Assembly: GCA_965369865.1 (NCBI GenBank)
Contig: CBDURU010000088.1
Span: forward strand, 1 to 14,615
Source of the DNA: an uncultured bacterium
GTDB taxonomy: Bacteria > JAJVIF01 > JAPKYR01
Reading direction: 5' to 3'
DNA length: 14,615 nucleotides
The position numbers and the translations under genes were made by a program. The notes under the pieces were generated by a model that saw only the letters and a program-made list of their open reading frames with translations, was not told where the DNA came from and searched no databases. Of the stretch, positions 6,904 through 11,674 are shown in pieces. Position 1 is the stretch's first letter; every line of letters begins with the position of its first letter.

Positions 6904-8607
6904 ATGCAGCTCGGAATGAAATTAGTCCCAAGGCTGGTGCAGACACTGAAGCCGACCCTTCAACAGCTTCAGTATTACCGCTTGCTCCAGCAGACCAACC
7001 TCGAACTCGAAATTGACATTCGCGAGGAGGTTGCCCAGAACCCGGCACTCGAGGTCGAGGAACTGCGCCGGTGTCCGAAATGCGGTGAGATAGTTCTCGA
7101 CGGCCAGCCGTGCGTGACATGCATATCCCGGAAAGTTGAAGACCAGGACAGGGAAAAAATCCTGAGCGCGAAAATTGACATGATGGAGGAAATCTATGCC
7201 TCCTCCGCAGGGACCTATGAGGCAAGCACATACGAATCGATCCCTGAAGATGAACTCCCCGATGCGTTTGCGACAATGGTCCGTGCGATTACACTCGAAG
7301 ATCACCTTAAACGCCGCCTTGTAATCGAATGCTCCGACATGCCGAAAGATGATCTTCACCTGGCCGAGGATATTATCGACCGGATCGATGCCGATATAGA
7401 GACCGTGACTGAAGATGATATAAGTGTTGAGAAAGCGGCCATGGCACAGAACAACCTCGATAATCCCGGTTTGATAAAGGCATCGGATGAAGCCCTGGCC
7501 GATGAATTTGGTGTTGAGCTGGAACAGCTTAAGCGAGTACGAAGACGGCTGGCTGAAATCGATCCGATCGGCAGCGGGCTTGAAACTTCAATCGAGGTCC
7601 TTGCACTCCAGGCGGAGCTTACGGAGAACCTTCCCGATGACGAACGTATTGCGCTCGCTGAAATAATCCGCCGCCACCTTAAAGACATCATCAAGGAACA
7701 TTTCCTTCGCGTTGGAAAAAAAGTCGGACTCGGCGCAAAGCGCGTAAAAGAACTCATCGAATTCACCCGCATGAATTTCCACATTCATCCCAGGCGGCAG
7801 TTTGAGGAATCGGAAGTTCACGCGGTAAAGGAAAATCCGTACATGACCGCGGATGTCAGGATTCGCGACATCGATGGTAAATTCGTTGTAGAGGTCCAGG
7901 ACTCAGGGCTTCCCATGTTGAAAATTAATAAATTCTATATTGAAAGCTACAGGAAGCTGAAGGCAAACAGAAATGCATTCAACTCCGAGGAGCGGAAGCA
8001 TATCAAGGAGTATTTCGAACGGGCAAGCACGTACATGGAAAATATAAATTCCCGCCGCCGGACGATGATGGAAATAACGGAAGAGATCGTCAGGGACCAG
8101 GAAAACTACTTAAGGAAGGGACCCCTTTACCTGAAAAAACTCACGCGCAAACAGATAGCGGAAAAAATCGGCGTGCATCCTTCCACCGTTAGCCGCGCTC
8201 TCGCTGTCAGGTATTGCTGGCTCCCCGATAATTCGATTGTCTCATTCAACGTGTTTTTCGATCCATCGGCCTGCTATATCGAAATGATCAGGCAGATCCT
8301 TCAGGATGAAACTCCGACGCATGTTTTCTCCGACATTGAAATCTGCGAAAAAATGGCTGCTCAAGGCCATACTCTATCGAGACGTGTTATCACCAAGTAC
8401 AGAAAAAAAGGCCGGATACCTCCCTCCGGCAGAAGGAAACGGCTTCTTATCAAGGAATGGCGTGAAGAACAGGACAAGAAGGACCTGCCGGAGGATATCG
8501 AAGTCATCGAAAATCTCGCCGATGACACTGAGGACTTTGATGAAATTAACGAACCGGACGATCCGGTACAGGACGATAAAACCTGCACGCCTGGAGAGAT
8601 TGAATAG
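6904..8607 (+). CDS. rpoN: RNA polymerase sigma-54 family factor, divergent, with zinc-ribbon insert
   Basis: Region I-like LQQLQYYRLLQQTNLELEIDIREEVAQNPALE; core-binding motifs TLEDHLKR, IDPIGSG, ADVRI, PMLKINKFY, RRRTMMEITEEIVRDQENYL; HTH LTRKQIAEKIGVHPSTVSRA; FSD.EI..K; RpoN-box-like SRRVITKYRK..RIP.S.RR. Confidence 0.88.
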   Translation: MQLGMKLVPRLVQTLKPTLQQLQYYRLLQQTNLELEIDIREEVAQNPALEVEELRRCPKCGEIVLDGQPCVTCISRKVEDQDREKILSAKIDMMEEIYASSAGTYEASTYESIPEDELPDAFATMVRAITLEDHLKRRLVIECSDMPKDDLHLAEDIIDRIDADIETVTEDDISVEKAAMAQNNLDNPGLIKASDEALADEFGVELEQLKRVRRRLAEIDPIGSGLETSIEVLALQAELTENLPDDERIALAEIIRRHLKDIIKEHFLRVGKKVGLGAKRVKELIEFTRMNFHIHPRRQFEESEVHAVKENPYMTADVRIRDIDGKFVVEVQDSGLPMLKINKFYIESYRKLKANRNAFNSEERKHIKEYFERASTYMENINSRRRTMMEITEEIVRDQENYLRKGPLYLKKLTRKQIAEKIGVHPSTVSRALAVRYCWLPDNSIVSFNVFFDPSACYIEMIRQILQDETPTHVFSDIEICEKMAAQGHTLSRRVITKYRKKGRIPPSGRRKRLLIKEWREEQDKKDLPEDIEVIENLADDTEDFDEINEPDDPVQDDKTCTPGEIE

Positions 8608-8640
8608 AGCCTGTTTGTGTAATCCGATTAAAAAATACAT

Positions 8641-8669
8641 CCCCTGGTATTAGCATCCGGGGTTTATTT
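8641..8669 (+). terminator. Possible weak intrinsic terminator after rpoN
   Basis: ccctgg...ccgggg stem (one G-U) followed by tttattt, ~35 nt after the rpoN stop. Confidence 0.3.
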
Positions 8670-8756
8670 GTTTCCGAGCGTAATTAAACTTTTTCTGAAT
8701 CAATTTATCTGTTAAAATATAATTGAACCCAGTAACCCCGTTCCGGAGGTATCTTG

Positions 8757-11576
8757 ATGGCTTCACATCTAAGAATCGGACTAGTTATGCTGGTCATAGT
8801 AGTATTAGTGGGAGGATGTTCATCGGGCGGTAATCCATCGATTCCCGGCCCTGATGAAATATCCGGCCCTGGTTTTATCCAGCAGCCAACCAATAATACC
8901 AGAGGCAATAATTACCTTTTATTTAATTACCTGATCTATATTGACCCGACTGACACAGGTGATATCCGGCATGAAATTGCCCCGCTCCGGGAATCCGCGA
9001 TCCACTTAAACATCCTCAAGTTCCTGGAGGAATTCCCCTGCACCAACTGCTTTAAGATCACCGGCTTTTCAATCGTGGAACCCGGCGTCATGGACGTGGA
9101 CATCGAGATCAGCCATCCGTTTGCCGATCCGGACTTCACGATTTTCGATGTGCGGGGAATCATGATGTTCGGTGGGAGCTTCGAGTATCCGGTTTCCGGA
9201 CTTAGTGTGTCCGATTCATTACTGGGCGACGGGGAACTTCTGAACGCGGATGGTTACACCGCACTCTATAACCCGGCAACAATCGATACCGCTCCGGGAC
9301 CTCTCTTTGGTTACTACAAGGGGAAACTGGCGACGGATATTTTGCCGGACGCCGATGTCAACGGTTTCAAGCGCCATGTATCTTCAGGCCCCATAAATTA
9401 CCGGAATGCGCTTTTGACGGACGTACCGGCGACTGCCACCTACCGGATAAAATTCCAGTTGGCGCCCTTCGTTCTCGGTTATGCCGTGGATGCTAACTGG
9501 GCTATGCCGCTTAATTCCCCAGTAAATGACCCGATGAACGATTTTGGCCCCAATGCTAATTGCCCGGAGCCTTGGAAACTTGATGTCAGCGAGGTCCAGA
9601 TCGGCGGCGGCCTTACAACCGATGGCGGCGGTACAATGATCGTCATCAATGTATATGACTGGGAAGGGAAAACCACTTATTCGAGTCCGATAATAGAAAG
9701 CCCTGAACTTTTCGATACGCCGGCAATCGCCACCTGGATTTCGGATGGGGTTGGGTATTCCAGGTTCGAAGCGATGGTCACCAACTCGAATCTTGCGGGC
9801 GAGGGAGAATACCGGATGCTGGCCAGTGTAGAAGCCCATGAGAACGATCCCCTGGGCCAGCCCTGGATGGACCTGACCGCCTACCAGTTATTCGTTGTTG
9901 AGGTTACTACCGGCCAGCCCGGTGAAGACGATCCGATAGCGTCCGCGACTGCAAACCCCAATCCGCAGATCGTTGGTTTGCCCGTAGTATTTGATGGCAC
10001 TGAATCTGTCGATCCCGACGGCGGCGACATCGTTATGTATGAATGGCAGTGGGAATCGGACGGAAATTTTGAAGTTGGAGATGAAATTCAAAATCATACG
10101 TACCTAACCATTGGATCGTACGAGGTCCAGTTGCGGGTTACCGATGATGAGGATGCGACAGATATACTCGATTTACCGCTTGTAATATCAATCGCCGAAA
10201 ACCCGGGGGAGGGAATTGCCCAGACCTGGGGCGGTTCGGGAAATGAATTTGTCGAGGACATAGTTGTTGACTCGCAGGGGAATGTTTTTATCGTTGGCGA
10301 ATTCAATCAAACTGTCGATTTCGATCCCGGACCCGGTGCTTACACCATGGACTCTGCCGGGCTGGAAGACATTTTCCTTAGTAAATTCGGTGCGGACGGT
10401 TTATGGCAGTGGACCAGGGTGATCGGGGGTGCCGGTACCGATAAAGGCCTTGGCATCCAGCTCGATGGGGTCGGCAGTATTTTAGTTACCGGTTCTTTTG
10501 AGGATACGGTTGATTTCGACCCCGGCGAAAATGATATTGAGCGTACATCGGCTGGATATTCGGACGCTTACGTTGCCAACTTTACCAAGTCCGGTGATTT
10601 CTACTGGGTGAAAACCTGGGGGGGAGGTTCCACGGACGCGGCGCACCGATGCGCGGTAGACGTCCTGAGCAATATAATTGTTGTCGGATCGTTTGCGGGG
10701 ACGGTTGATTTCGATCCCGGCGAAGGTGAGGACCCTCACACCTCGATCAATGTCGATGTAAGTCTCATGCAGCTCTCCACATCGGGGAATTACATCTGGG
10801 GAGTCGACTGGGGCAACATGGATGGATGCGTCGGGAACGCGATTGACATCGATTTCGACGACCAGATTTTTGTGCTGGGGAATTTCGAGTCCACCGTTGA
10901 TTTCGATCCCGGCCCCGGAGAAACCCTGCTCTCATCTCATGGCCAAACCGACGTATACATCAATCAGTTCGACCCCGACGGCCTCCATGTATTAACATAT
11001 GGCTGGGGCGGCACTGGTTCCGACACAGGCAACGATCTGTTGATCGACGGCAACGAGAATTTTTATATTACAGGTGGTTTTCAGGACGTTGTCGATTTAG
11101 ACCCCACTTCGGGATACGATCTTCACACGGCTAACGGTTCCGCGTCCGATGCGTACTTCAGCGTGTTTAATTCACTTATGCTTTTCGTGGGAGCCAGGAC
11201 CTGGGGTGGACCTGAGGAAGATGCCGGTTACGATATTTGCACCGACAATTCAAGCAGGATTTTTACTGTCGGCACTTTCAGAACGACCGCTGATTTCGAT
11301 CCCACGGGCGGCGAGGATTATGCGATCTCGGAGGGTGAAGAGGATGCATTTCTGGCGATCTACGATTATTCCCTGAATTACATGTGTGTTAAGTCCTGGG
11401 GAGGTAGTGTCGCCGACTGGCCTACCGGGATCGTTCGATCAAACTCAGGTGAACTGATAGTTGCAGGACACTTTCGCGGTGACGCGGATTTCGATCCAGG
11501 CCCATTTACTGAAATCCACTCATCGAACGGCAACTTCGACGCGTTTATTTCCAGACCTCCTTACATTTGCGATTAG
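8757..11576 (+). CDS. Large surface lipoprotein: shared N-terminal domain + PKD domain + seven-bladed beta-propeller (SBBP-like, DFDPG repeats)
   Basis: GGAGG at 8745-8749 favours ATG 8757 over TTG 8754; lipobox LVGG|C; shared domain to ~9905; PKD-like FDGTESVDPDGGDIVMYEW...GSYEVQLRVTDDE; seven repeats of WGG...D..GN...G.F..TVDFDPG...DAF. Confidence 0.9.
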   Translation: MASHLRIGLVMLVIVVLVGGCSSGGNPSIPGPDEISGPGFIQQPTNNTRGNNYLLFNYLIYIDPTDTGDIRHEIAPLRESAIHLNILKFLEEFPCTNCFKITGFSIVEPGVMDVDIEISHPFADPDFTIFDVRGIMMFGGSFEYPVSGLSVSDSLLGDGELLNADGYTALYNPATIDTAPGPLFGYYKGKLATDILPDADVNGFKRHVSSGPINYRNALLTDVPATATYRIKFQLAPFVLGYAVDANWAMPLNSPVNDPMNDFGPNANCPEPWKLDVSEVQIGGGLTTDGGGTMIVINVYDWEGKTTYSSPIIESPELFDTPAIATWISDGVGYSRFEAMVTNSNLAGEGEYRMLASVEAHENDPLGQPWMDLTAYQLFVVEVTTGQPGEDDPIASATANPNPQIVGLPVVFDGTESVDPDGGDIVMYEWQWESDGNFEVGDEIQNHTYLTIGSYEVQLRVTDDEDATDILDLPLVISIAENPGEGIAQTWGGSGNEFVEDIVVDSQGNVFIVGEFNQTVDFDPGPGAYTMDSAGLEDIFLSKFGADGLWQWTRVIGGAGTDKGLGIQLDGVGSILVTGSFEDTVDFDPGENDIERTSAGYSDAYVANFTKSGDFYWVKTWGGGSTDAAHRCAVDVLSNIIVVGSFAGTVDFDPGEGEDPHTSINVDVSLMQLSTSGNYIWGVDWGNMDGCVGNAIDIDFDDQIFVLGNFESTVDFDPGPGETLLSSHGQTDVYINQFDPDGLHVLTYGWGGTGSDTGNDLLIDGNENFYITGGFQDVVDLDPTSGYDLHTANGSASDAYFSVFNSLMLFVGARTWGGPEEDAGYDICTDNSSRIFTVGTFRTTADFDPTGGEDYAISEGEEDAFLAIYDYSLNYMCVKSWGGSVADWPTGIVRSNSGELIVAGHFRGDADFDPGPFTEIHSSNGNFDAFISRPPYICD
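10213..11560 (+). repeat. Seven intragenic beta-propeller blade repeats (~65 aa each)
   Basis: TVDFDPGPG, TVDFDPGEN, TVDFDPGEG, TVDFDPGPG, VVDLDPTSG, TADFDPTGG, DADFDPGPF, each preceded by a (T/S/G)WGG-like motif. Confidence 0.8.
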
Positions 11577-11607
11577 AAGAAATTATTTCATTCAACTTAG
11601 CCACACA

Positions 11608-11636
11608 TTTACTTCATCCTGGTTTTAAGATATAAT
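11608..11636 (+). promoter_or_regulatory. Sigma-70-type promoter for the 11675 gene (TTTACT-17-TATAAT)
   Basis: TTTACT 11608-11613, 17 nt, TATAAT 11631-11636; AGGAGG at 11661-11666. Confidence 0.6.
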
Positions 11637-11674
11637 TATCACTCAATTAAAGCATTTTTCAGGAGGTTTGCCAG

